This document shows positions 9,720 to 20,200 of a stretch of 50,244 nt of DNA, piece by piece. The position numbers and the translations under genes are program-made. Under the pieces are notes generated by a model. It ran no database searches. It was not told the DNA's origin and worked only from the letters and a program-made list of their open reading frames with translations. Source of the stretch: a virus (lineage: Duplodnaviria; Caudoviricetes). The stretch spans positions 1-50,244 of IMG/VR virus record IMGVR_UViG_3300002307_000073, one strand, 5' to 3'. Numbering within the stretch: the first letter of the stretch is position 1; every line of letters starts with the position of its first letter.

Positions 9720-11037
9720 TTTCTAATCTTTCCACTTTTTCTGACAATTCTTTAATTGCTTCAATTAGTAATGGGACTAGTTTTTCATATTGTACGGTTA
9801 GATAATTTTCTCCAGAAATACTATTTCCGAATTCATCAATATCAAATGGTGCTGGTTTAATTACTTCTGGAAGAATGGTTTGAACTTCTTGAGCAATAAC
9901 CCCAACTTGTCTTTCATAATTATTATATCCAAATTCTTCTGCCTTTTCATTTTGTTTAAAGTATATCCCAGAAAGAGCATTTACTTTGTCCAAAGCATTT
10001 GGAATTTTACTTAAAATTTCCTTTAATCTTTTATCGGAATAATATGCTGTTACGTTATTGGTTGCCCTTACTTCACCAGCAGTTCCAGAAGCAGCAGTAC
10101 CAACTCCTAATGAGTTGAATTGTACGTTATTAGCAGTACCAACCCCTTGATTTAATGTATAATTTCCCATCAATACTGCCGAGTTTGCTAGAACAGCATT
10201 TGGGATTGATCCGGTTAGATTATTGGCGGATAGATAATAACTTGCTTGTTGACTATTTAATAGATAACTATTTAAATTTGAAACAAGATCAGTCTTTGTT
10301 GTATAGATTTTACCAAAATAGGCATTATTTGCTTGGAAATCTGCGATTCTAAAGGTATTGTTGCTTGTATCAATATAAACAGATGCTCCTGGTTCGGGGA
10401 CATATTGATCAAATACTTTCCAAACACCATCTGAAGCATCTCTAAAGAAACCTGTATGTCGATATGTACCATCATTATAATTGCCAGAAAACCCAAGATC
10501 TGGATTAGCTGTATTACTTCCATCATTTAAATATATCATATTATCAACAACACTTAAATTATTAGCATTAAGTGTATTGACGTTACCGGAAATTATAAGG
10601 GTTTTATCTATTTGTAACGTTCCTGTTACCCGAACATCTCCAGAGATTGTTCCTCCGGTTGAATTATATTTACCATTTGAACTATTATATGCTGCTTGAG
10701 ACAAAGTTAATGCGGTATTTGCTTTGTCAAATGATGCGGTTGCTGTTGAATATGCGGTATTTACTTGCGATATTGCTTGATTTGCGGTATTAAAGGCAGC
10801 AGGAACTGCTGCGGCAGAAGCATTTGCCGAAGAATATGCACCATTAGCAACTCCAAATGCGATTGATAATGTGTTCGCTGTTGTATTTGCGGATGTATAT
10901 GTGGTATCTATTTGATTATTAAGATTGTTAAAGTTATTATCAACTTGAATGTTTGATAGTGGCGAATTCGCAATAGCAACGCCACTCAATCTTACTTCAG
11001 TATTCCCGTCAGATTGTCTTAATGTTATTGTTGCCAT
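9709..11037 (-). CDS. Tail fibre with C-terminal intramolecular chaperone (Peptidase_S74) domain
   Basis: YYSDKRLKE...GVIAQEVQTILPE...YEKLVPLLIEAIKEL signature. Confidence 0.85.
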   Translation of the reverse strand: MATITLRQSDGNTEVRLSGVAIANSPLSNIQVDNNFNNLNNQIDTTYTSANTTANTLSIAFGVANGAYSSANASAAAVPAAFNTANQAISQVNTAYSTATASFDKANTALTLSQAAYNSSNGKYNSTGGTISGDVRVTGTLQIDKTLIISGNVNTLNANNLSVVDNMIYLNDGSNTANPDLGFSGNYNDGTYRHTGFFRDASDGVWKVFDQYVPEPGASVYIDTSNNTFRIADFQANNAYFGKIYTTKTDLVSNLNSYLLNSQQASYYLSANNLTGSIPNAVLANSAVLMGNYTLNQGVGTANNVQFNSLGVGTAASGTAGEVRATNNVTAYYSDKRLKEILSKIPNALDKVNALSGIYFKQNEKAEEFGYNNYERQVGVIAQEVQTILPEVIKPAPFDIDEFGNSISGENYLTVQYEKLVPLLIEAIKELSEKVERLENAS

Positions 11038-11038
11038 A

Positions 11039-11494
11039 TTAGTTTATCTTAACATTCCAATTTATGGTAATAGTATCCGATGCTTGTTTTGTAATTACTG
11101 GGAACGTTATTCTTGAAAGCATGGTTCCACTATTTGCGGTTCCACTATTAAATATACCAGCCTCTGTTAAAGCACCCGTTCCAATTCCTGGATTAAATGT
11201 TGCCGCAAATGCGATGACATTAGCAGTTGCTGTTGCGTTAACTAGTTGTGCCCTAGAATTTGCGGGTTCTGCTTGTAGGGATGTCATTGCGATTGAACTA
11301 TTGGCATTGCTAGTTCCGACTGCCATATATGACATAAAACTAGAATTGTTTGATGCGATTCTACTAGCAATGTAATTCTTTCCCACTTGAACAATCATAT
11401 TGTTCATATAAGGGGTTTCAAGTTTTACATTACCGTTTTCATCAATTAATGTAAATTTTACTTCACCAGATAATTTTATGTCTTCTGAAAACAT
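11039..11494 (-). CDS. Tail/baseplate fibre-collar-like structural protein
   Basis: N.IV..GK.YIASR...MAVGT...GTGALTEAGIFN...MLSR..F.VI.K...D.I.I.W pattern. Confidence 0.6.
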   Translation of the reverse strand: MFSEDIKLSGEVKFTLIDENGNVKLETPYMNNMIVQVGKNYIASRIASNNSSFMSYMAVGTSNANSSIAMTSLQAEPANSRAQLVNATATANVIAFAATFNPGIGTGALTEAGIFNSGTANSGTMLSRITFPVITKQASDTITINWNVKIN

Positions 11495-11557
11495 TTATTG
11501 ACCCTTTTATGTTGATTAGATTTCTAATAGCAACCAAAAATAGATTGTTATTAGAAA

Positions 11558-11577
11558 TCCCCCTCAAAAGAGGGGGA
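11558..11577 (-). terminator. GC-rich hairpin / probable terminator
   Basis: TCCCCCTC-AAAA-GAGGGGGA just downstream of the 11586 stop; U-tract is weak. Confidence 0.55.
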
Positions 11578-11585
11578 AATTGTTG

Positions 11586-13238
11586 TTAACTAGCAGTGTT
11601 TGCTGAAAGTTGAGTTTTTAGTAGTTCAATTTCTGCGCTAAGTTCTTTAACGGCATTAATCAAAACTGGAACTAACATTCCTTCTGCCATTTTCAAACTA
11701 TCTACATTTTCATTATCAACGATAATTGGAGAATCACCTTCTAATGCTAAAATTTCCTGAGCACTAAATCCATATCTAACTCTTTCACTGGTGATTTTAT
11801 TTGTCAATCTATCTTTCCATTGATAAACAATTGGGGTGATTTGATTGATAAATTCTAATCCTTTTACTGGAGTAGATTTGATATCCTTATCTCTTATATC
11901 TGAAGTTGTTATAGTACCAACCTTACAATAGAGAGTATCATGGGTATTATTTCCAAGAACAATCTTATTTGATGCGGTTGTTATGTTTATTAAGGCATCC
12001 GCCCCAGAATAATCCCCAATCGCAATATTATTACTTCCAGTTGTATTATTTGAAATAGCGCTGCGCCCAATGCCAATGTTGAAATTTCCTGTCGTGTTAA
12101 GCCAAAGGGAATAAACGCCATATCCTTGATTGTGATATCCTGTACTATTGTTTGCTAGTGCTTCTCCACCAATGGCAATATTTTCAAAACCAGTTGTGGT
12201 ATTTTGAAGGGTTTTTTGTCCAATACCAATATTATTCCAAGCAGTTGAATTGTTCCAAAGTGAATATGTTCCAATTCCAATATTATATTGTCCTGTACTA
12301 TTATTTGCTAATGCCTCACCCCCAATACCAATATTCCAAACTCCAATTGTGTTTTTTTCAAGTGATTTTTGTCCAATACCAATATTATTCCAAGCAGTTG
12401 TATTATACGTCAAAGAATTGGGACCAATGCCAATGTTGAAATTTCCTGTCGTGTTATTTGACAGGGCACTATCACCAATAGCAGCATTCCAAACTCCAGT
12501 TGTATTTCTTTGGAGTGATAGATTTCCGATGGCAATATTTTGATCACCTGTTGTATTTGCTAGAGCTCTAGCTCCAATAGCAATATTGTTATTTGCCTGT
12601 GCTGATTTTAATGCTTCTACCCCAACCCCAACATTAAATGTCCCAAAGTTGATTTCCATCATTGAACTATCACCAACGGCAACGTTGCCGCCACCTGTCA
12701 TGTTATTTGCTTGTACTAAGTTTCCGATGGCAATATTTCTATCCGACGTAGCATTTCTTAGTGCGAATGCTCCAATGGAAATATTATTATTTGCCCTTGC
12801 GTTTTGTTGTGAATCATATCCAATAGCATGATTAAATGTGCCCCAATCTTGTCTAGTCCAAAGGGCTCCATGCCCAACAGCAACGTTACCATATCCAATG
12901 GTATTATTTAATAGAGCAGATCCACCAATAGCAATATTATCACTGCCTGTGGTGGTCATTTGTAATGCCCAAACACCAATTCCAATATTATTATGACTGG
13001 ATGCTGATGTTGTTAATGCTTGTTGACCCAACGCAACATTCCAATATCCGGTAGTAAGACTTGCTCCCGCACCAATTCCTAGAATAACATTATTTCCTAT
13101 TCCAGCTGATGATCCCCTAACACTGATATTACCAGCAGTAACCGTTCCGGTAACATTAAGATTTCCAAGATCATCCAATACCATTGTAGGTGTTGTATTG
13201 GATGTGCTTGAAATATTTCTAACTTTAATTGTTGACAT
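11586..13238 (-). CDS. Tail fibre/spike with trimeric-autotransporter-head-like repeats and C-terminal S74-like chaperone
   Basis: Many N(I/V)(A/G)(I/V)GxxAL repeats (NNTTGxxNIGIG); TSDIRDK...GFSAQE...LVPVLINAVKEL at the end. Confidence 0.8.
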   Translation of the reverse strand: MSTIKVRNISSTSNTTPTMVLDDLGNLNVTGTVTAGNISVRGSSAGIGNNVILGIGAGASLTTGYWNVALGQQALTTSASSHNNIGIGVWALQMTTTGSDNIAIGGSALLNNTIGYGNVAVGHGALWTRQDWGTFNHAIGYDSQQNARANNNISIGAFALRNATSDRNIAIGNLVQANNMTGGGNVAVGDSSMMEINFGTFNVGVGVEALKSAQANNNIAIGARALANTTGDQNIAIGNLSLQRNTTGVWNAAIGDSALSNNTTGNFNIGIGPNSLTYNTTAWNNIGIGQKSLEKNTIGVWNIGIGGEALANNSTGQYNIGIGTYSLWNNSTAWNNIGIGQKTLQNTTTGFENIAIGGEALANNSTGYHNQGYGVYSLWLNTTGNFNIGIGRSAISNNTTGSNNIAIGDYSGADALINITTASNKIVLGNNTHDTLYCKVGTITTSDIRDKDIKSTPVKGLEFINQITPIVYQWKDRLTNKITSERVRYGFSAQEILALEGDSPIIVDNENVDSLKMAEGMLVPVLINAVKELSAEIELLKTQLSANTAS

Positions 13239-13271
13239 TTTTTACCTCGTTAAATTAATTTGTATAATAAC

Positions 13272-13279
13272 TATTTATA
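13272..13279 (-). promoter_or_regulatory. T4 late promoter TATAAATA
   Basis: Exact consensus overlapping the upstream stop codon, ~34 nt before the 13238 ATG. Confidence 0.7.
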
Positions 13280-14063
13280 CTATAGTCCAATAACAATCAT
13301 CTGGAATCGTTACCGTTTTGTTATTTGCGACAGAAATTGGTCCTGCTGTCATATAGTTTTTAAAACTGGTTAGTGTATAATCATCGCTAATGATCTGATC
13401 ATTTTCAATAAAAATCGAATCCGTTCCAGCACCCTTACCACCACCTAATCTCTTCCATCCATCAGAATCACGTCCTTCAAAATTTGTAGTTGTTGTATTA
13501 TATCTAATTCTTCCCGCTGTGGTTCCAGAAGGTCTTTGTGCTGTTGTTCCTGATGGAAGTTTTAAATATCCGGTTCCAGTATGTGTGGTATTTGAAGTGA
13601 CCGTCAAATTGCCGATGGTTGTATTTGCGATAGTAGCAACACCAATTGATGTAGTATCAATAATAGTAGTTCCTATCAAATCAGCATTGTTGATTGTGGT
13701 CGATCCAGTAAAATTGATCGTTCCTGTTGCCGTAAGATCTGTTGCTAATACATCAGCAAGAGTTGATCTTCCGGATACATACAATTTATTTAAATTTGTA
13801 TTGGTAGTTGCGGTCAAATTTCCAGTTCTAATACTTACAAAATATGAATTCGCATTGGAATACATATCACCAAGGAAATAGGTATTGCCTCTGAAAATGG
13901 CAGTATTACCTAAATCCAATATAGTGTTTGATGTAAGCAAAAATGTTCCATTTGATTTTTCATAATATCCAGTATCAAGAACATTCAATCTAGCAACAGT
14001 TTGGTTAGTTACAATCATCCATTCGGAGAATGTATTACTGTAGGAAACTTGTCTTATGCTCAT
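13275..14063 (-). CDS. Virion structural / short fibre-like protein
   Basis: NTFSEW...TN N-terminus, LPSGTTAQRP..GRIRYNT motif, C-terminal F.EN.Q.I..DYT...N.MTAGPI.V...VTIP...WTIV module. Confidence 0.65.
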   Translation of the reverse strand: MSIRQVSYSNTFSEWMIVTNQTVARLNVLDTGYYEKSNGTFLLTSNTILDLGNTAIFRGNTYFLGDMYSNANSYFVSIRTGNLTATTNTNLNKLYVSGRSTLADVLATDLTATGTINFTGSTTINNADLIGTTIIDTTSIGVATIANTTIGNLTVTSNTTHTGTGYLKLPSGTTAQRPSGTTAGRIRYNTTTTNFEGRDSDGWKRLGGGKGAGTDSIFIENDQIISDDYTLTSFKNYMTAGPISVANNKTVTIPDDCYWTIV

Positions 14064-14287
14064 TAATTTTTACCTGTTAAATTATTTACAATTAATTGTT
14101 TTAATTCGTTTATATCCGACTTTAGGGAGGAAATTTCCGATTTAATACTATTTATTTCTTTTTTTTGTTCCAACATAATATTCTTTCTAAGTATATATTC
14201 ATCTAGTTCATTCTTGTCCATATTAACTAGAGATAGATTGTCTAGATTTCTTATTATGTTGGTCCCTTTTATTTTTACAAATTCCAT
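14063..14287 (-). CDS. Small coiled-coil hypothetical protein downstream of VrlC-like gene
   Basis: 74 aa; C-terminal EI.SLKSDI.ELKQL coiled coil; translationally coupled to the next gene. Confidence 0.6.
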   Translation of the reverse strand: MEFVKIKGTNIIRNLDNLSLVNMDKNELDEYILRKNIMLEQKKEINSIKSEISSLKSDINELKQLIVNNLTGKN

Positions 14288-14291
14288 ACAC

Positions 14292-17200
14292 TTAAACTAG
14301 CGCAATTGCTCTAAATTCCTTAATCTTAGGAATAAATGTTGAATCGGAAGTTCTATAAACAAACTTAATAGCAAATTGAGAGAATGTTGTATATGCTTTT
14401 CCGTTAGATTTGCTCACATAACCAACTGCTGTATCGGCAGTATTATTTGATCCTGGGGCAGCAACATATTCATAAAGATCTGTCTTTTGTGAAGCATATT
14501 GTTTATTACCAGAAATCATTGTCATTAATTGCCAATCAGAATCATCAAATAGTTGCGTATCTTCTCTGTTTAATATCTTATAGTATACATATATATCTGT
14601 ATTCACAGGTCTATATGCGGTAAAATAAACATTCAAATCAGAAGCATCAAATCCCGGTTCCAAAGTTACAGATTTTGAAATTTCTCTGAATAGGGAATTT
14701 CCACCTATACTTGATGTTTCTCCATGAATCGCAAGATTTGCTCCAGATCCAGTAGTTGATGTAATACTTATGCTTGATGATATAGTATTCGCATGGTTTC
14801 CAGTATCAGAAGAAATTGTAAATCCAGTAATACTTCCGGTTGAATCAACAGTAGGATAAGCAATTACATCTTCACCACCATTAATTGTATCCGCAAAACT
14901 TATACTGATCTGATCTGTATTTGAATATCCAGATCCTCCATTAATGATTGTAATATCTTTGGATGCCAATTCTAGATTATTGATTCTATACTTAACACCA
15001 TATAATGTTAATCCAGCATCAGAAATAATTGGACTGATTTTAGAGTCTGTTGTATTTAATGTTGCTTGAACAACAAAAGAGTTGTTGCTGGCATGTTGTA
15101 GAACTCTAGGACCAGTGTTATCATCTAATGATGTATCATCATAACTTGCGGTTCCATATTTTCCTGGATGGAAACTTGTAAATGAACTTTCTTGAGCCGG
15201 AACCCCATTGGAGTATCTGGTTGACTTATATGCGTATGAAACCTTGGCACTATCAAATTCAAGATCGGTTGTTGTAACATTGAAAGCATCAATAACAACA
15301 TCTGTTGAACTTGCGAAATATTGATTCGCATTGGCGATAGATGCCGTATTCGCAATATATGTTAGATAGTTATCAACAATACTTCTTTGTGGTAATTTTT
15401 CTGGAACGACATATTCAACGGAAACCGACCCAGTTTCAAATTCACATCTGTCTAATTCAAACATCAATGTTTGATTTTGGTCTGCCGTCCAAGTCAAAGA
15501 ATTTTGAGATAGGAACAATCCACCAACAGAAGGAACCTGAGAAATCTTTAATGGATTTGTTGGGTTTTGATCAGTTGGTAAATTCTTAGCAGTTGATGGA
15601 ATCGCAACATCTCCCAACTTACAAGCATATAAAGAATATTGCTTTGAGTTGGTCTTAATCATTATCGCATATAAAGTTTCCGCTTTAACATATACAGGAG
15701 CTGGAAATTCAAACTCAGTATACTTAGTAGAATCCAAAATATGTGGATCATCACCAGCAAGATTAATTTTATCTGGTGGTAATGTTACGATAGAGTGATC
15801 CAAAGTCTTTCCATCAGGATATCCATTTACAGTCCCCAATAAAGAAACAGTAATTGGAGAATTATGATCTGTTGGTTTTGTCTTGAAGAACAATTTGACA
15901 GACTTTATAAATGCCCCATTTGGATAATTTTCTCCAAACAACATAAATGTTTGACATAGAGGATCATAATAATACGGATTTTGCGGAGCAGGAAACTGTA
16001 TAGGAGGAAACTCCGGTGGTTGTGGATCAACAATCGGCGGTGGTGGATCTATCGGTGGTGCCGGATCAACAATCGGCGGTGGTGGTTCCGGTGGCGGTTG
16101 TTGAGGAGGCGGTGGCGGAGCAATATATGTACTATAAAAATTAGTAACATTTGCCGATACCGATGATTGATCAACAGTTTTTAGATATTGGTTTTCGGTT
16201 TTTGTGAAAGTGAAGTTTGCCGAAGAAATATCCGGAGCAAAGTTTAAATTCTGCTTTTGAACACTTAATCCAGAAGCATAGAATGTTGCTTCCGCAGAGG
16301 TTGTTTCTGAACCAATATTACCATTAATTCTGTTATCAATTCTAAATATCTTTTGTCCAACATTGAATGTATTGTTTGGTAGATAGAAAATACCAGATAT
16401 TGTTCCAGTATCATCAGTAACCATCTGTCCAGTATAATTTTTAATTGAATATACTGCGTTTACAACGGATGGAGATACTGTTGAAGAGTTACAATATGCC
16501 GTTCTTGTTACCCCATCATATCCTGTGATTGGATAATCCAATTGATAATCATCTAAAATAATATTTAATGTTTTCCCAATATATGCTCCATCAACTGATG
16601 ATGCTAACTGAGAAAGTTTAACCGAATAGTTTGATGAACTTGCCGCTTGAATTCTTCCGGATCTATGGGTATAATATTGTAGACCAGCAGTTGCCGAAAT
16701 TCCACTTACGGTTCCGTTCTTATCCAATCTTAAAGTATATAAATATCCATCATCTGTATATTTGCTTGCGTTAATATCCCAGACAACATCCAACATTTTA
16801 ATTGTTGTGTTTGATTCGCTCAATTCTCCAGAATATCTAGAGTATAAAATCTTACCGACCGGAACGTAAGTGTCTCCAGATTTATATCCGATAATTTCCG
16901 AGTTATTAAATGCGTTTGATGTTGACGTTGTTACTGCTAGAGTATTTGTCAATCTAATTCTATCAGATACTCTCTTACCATCAAAATAACAATCAACTCC
17001 GGTACTCATCAAAATATCGGCAGCAACAAATTCAATTTCTTGTCCCCTAATATAAGGGTTGATAGAAACATCGGTTACAAATCCATTGTTGGTTTCATAC
17101 TTATTGCCAAGATCTGTCCAATATCCAGAAACATCTTTTCTTTGTTGTGTTGTATCTGTAACTTTATAGTTTGTTGATGTTGTTGTTTGTGTGACACCAG

Positions 17201-20200
17201 AACCCCAATATCCATCTCTTGAAATAAAGGTTCCAACAATCCCTCTTAGATATGACAAATATGCTTGATCAGAATCTAAAGTGGTCGCATCTACAATATG
17301 CTTATAATCTTTTGATCCTAATGTTGATCCATCTGGAAGAGTATCTTGTCCATATACAGAGATAAAATTGATGATATCCTGGGATGACATTGTTGTTACA
17401 GCATTCCAGTTACCAGTAGCAACTGCTTTTGACAAACTTGTTGTTGTTCCTTCCGCAAATTTTTGCGATGAAGAAATTGTTTGCCAAGCACCAGTACTCA
17501 AATGGTTAATGACATCACTTTGTAGATATAATTGAGTATCCGGATTGACAATCAATAAATCTGGTAGTTTTGTTGTACTAACCCAATTATCCATAGGAGG
17601 ATTTAGAATACATTGTCCTTGGGTATTGATAAAACTAAATGGATTTACATTAACAGTTCTTGTAGCAAAACTTTGGGTTGCGGCTGGAACCTTTGAATAT
17701 TTCAATGTTACATAAGAATTGATTCCATCATAGTCTACCGAATATGGTAGGGCATTTCTATCAGCAGCTGTCAATTGATTAAAATTATTTAATGTGTCCG
17801 CTAGATATAACTTAAAGTTTTTAACATCATGAACTGGCAATAATTCTTGTTTGACTCCATTAACAGAGGCTGAATAATCTATTTTTGAAGTATCAGAAAT
17901 TTTATATGTACTGAAATCATTAGTTAGAATTCCAGATTTAAATCTGTTGAGTCCATTAGCATCTGGAATTTGTAATCCTTTGGCACTTTGTTCTAGAATG
18001 CTGAGCGAACTGTAATATTCTAATCTACCAACTCTATCTTCTAATTTAGTAATATCTTCCATTCTCCATCTCTTATGATTGACATTTTCAATCTTAAGGG
18101 AAGATGTTGATAATGGAGAATTATCATTAGAAATAAACATGGTATATGGGTCATGTGTGACCCTTGCGATTGTTATTGCCCCATCTGGTTCTTTTGGTTC
18201 TTTTGGAATAACCGCAGAAATACCTTCAATCAAATTGATCTTATTATCTTTTGTTACAACAAGAAGATCCTTCCTTCCAAGATAATATTCATATGATAGT
18301 TCAAAATTAGTGTTGTCATATGGAGTATATACACCTCTTGTTACATCATCTGTATTATTTGTTCCAAGTTCAAAATCATAAACGGCATTTTTTCTTGCTG
18401 GTCTAAAATCCAAACAATCTCTTAAATTATATTCATTTCCTGCCTTGCTGATATAAGTAGGAATTCTGCTATATGATTCTGGTTTATTGGATACTGGAGA
18501 AACATAAGAGTCTACGCAGAAATATCCATCTCCCCCAGTTTGATTATAATAATTTAGAAGAACGATCAAATCACCAACTGGTCCGGATGCTCCAGCAAGC
18601 AATTTGATTGTTGCGTGATCATAATAAGCATCTCTTTGTCCAGTATCCAAAATATAATTTCTTGTCACATCATATTTTGGATTTGTTAGCATTGCTGCGT
18701 TTGCGGTTTCTCCAAAATTATCAATGATCTTAATGATATTCTTTACATCAGATACGAAAAGACTTTGCGAGTTAGCATTGAATTGATTTTTATATAGTGT
18801 AACCTGACCTCTTGGTAGATTAACAAAGGCAATATCATTATTTCCATCATTAACCGCAGTTCCAGAAAGCGCAAGAGCAGAAGTATCTGCCAAAATTAAA
18901 TCTTTTCCTTTGATTGCTCTATGGGCAATATCTGTGGTATCTTCAACATTAATTTTGGCAACAACATTAATTGTTTTTCCAAGAATCTCTGCTCCAGATT
19001 TTGCGGTAATTCTGGCATTTGTTCCTGTTGAATCAATAACAATGCTTTCAATATTATCGCTTGCTGATAATACGGAACTTACTGATGATGTGGAATTAGT
19101 ATAGAAAGTAAAGTTTGAATCAATATCAACTCCGGTTAATGTTACTCCAGAGGTATAATAACTTATATTATGCCCAAGACTTAATGGTAGAATTAATGTC
19201 AATGGAGTTCCAACACTGGTTGAAAATGCTTTCTCTCTAAATGTTTGCCAAGAAGTATATTTTGTTGATGTTATTGAATTGTCTTTAATATATGCTTCCC
19301 CAATTGGAACGATAAGTTCTTCTTTTTGAGCATCCGATAAGAAAGTCTTTCCAGTAGAAATTGTTGGGTTCTTACTTAGATTATTGACAAAACAATACTT
19401 TAATCTATCAGAAGTCCATAAACTATTAAAGTTTGATGAATCAAAAATTAATGAGAATGTATCTGAAATATTGATTTTATTTGGTAATTTTGTAGTTAAT
19501 GTGGCAACTCCCCCAACATAACTAGCAATTTCAAATTTTGTTGCCCCAATTGATTGTAGATTGATAACACCTTTTACTCCATTATACAATCCATCAACCA
19601 TTGGCATTGAATCTGGAAAGGCGATTTGAGAACCATCTTCACTCAAACTACCACAAACCAAATTCTGAATACTCTTAGTTTCAATATCAACCAAATAATT
19701 CTTGAAGATATAATTATCACTGGTTGTTCCAGAAACATATTCTACTGCTCTAATTTTAGCAGTTGCTGCTAATGTATTGGTAGAGAGTTCTGAAGAATTG
19801 TCAGTTTGATTAATATGAATTTCAACGGGTTCAAATAGAGAAGAATCAAAAAGTCCGTTGTTATTGCTAGTGTATAAGAAATTTCCTTGATCAATATAAA
19901 CATTCTTATTGCTAATATGATTATTTGATCTTGCTTTATTACTAACAATATTTAATGTGCTTTGGTTTTCAACCAAATATCCCTTAACATATGCTTTACC
20001 AGGACCAACTTTTAGATAAAAAACATCATCATGATTTAAAATTTGATCAACAGAAAGTTTAAATCTGTTGATAACAAAATCACCATTAGTATCAAAAGTT
20101 CTTGTTGCTAGGTAATCATCAATTTCAGAATAAATTGTTCTATTAACTTTTTTTACTATAACGCCAGTATCTATAGTAATTAAATCAACAAAGAATTGGT

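Noticed and set aside
1680-10690. Duplicated fibre segments as a diversity-generating retroelement TR/VR pair
   Set aside because: No reverse transcriptase in the window, both copies are internal to coding genes, and differences are not visibly adenine-specific.
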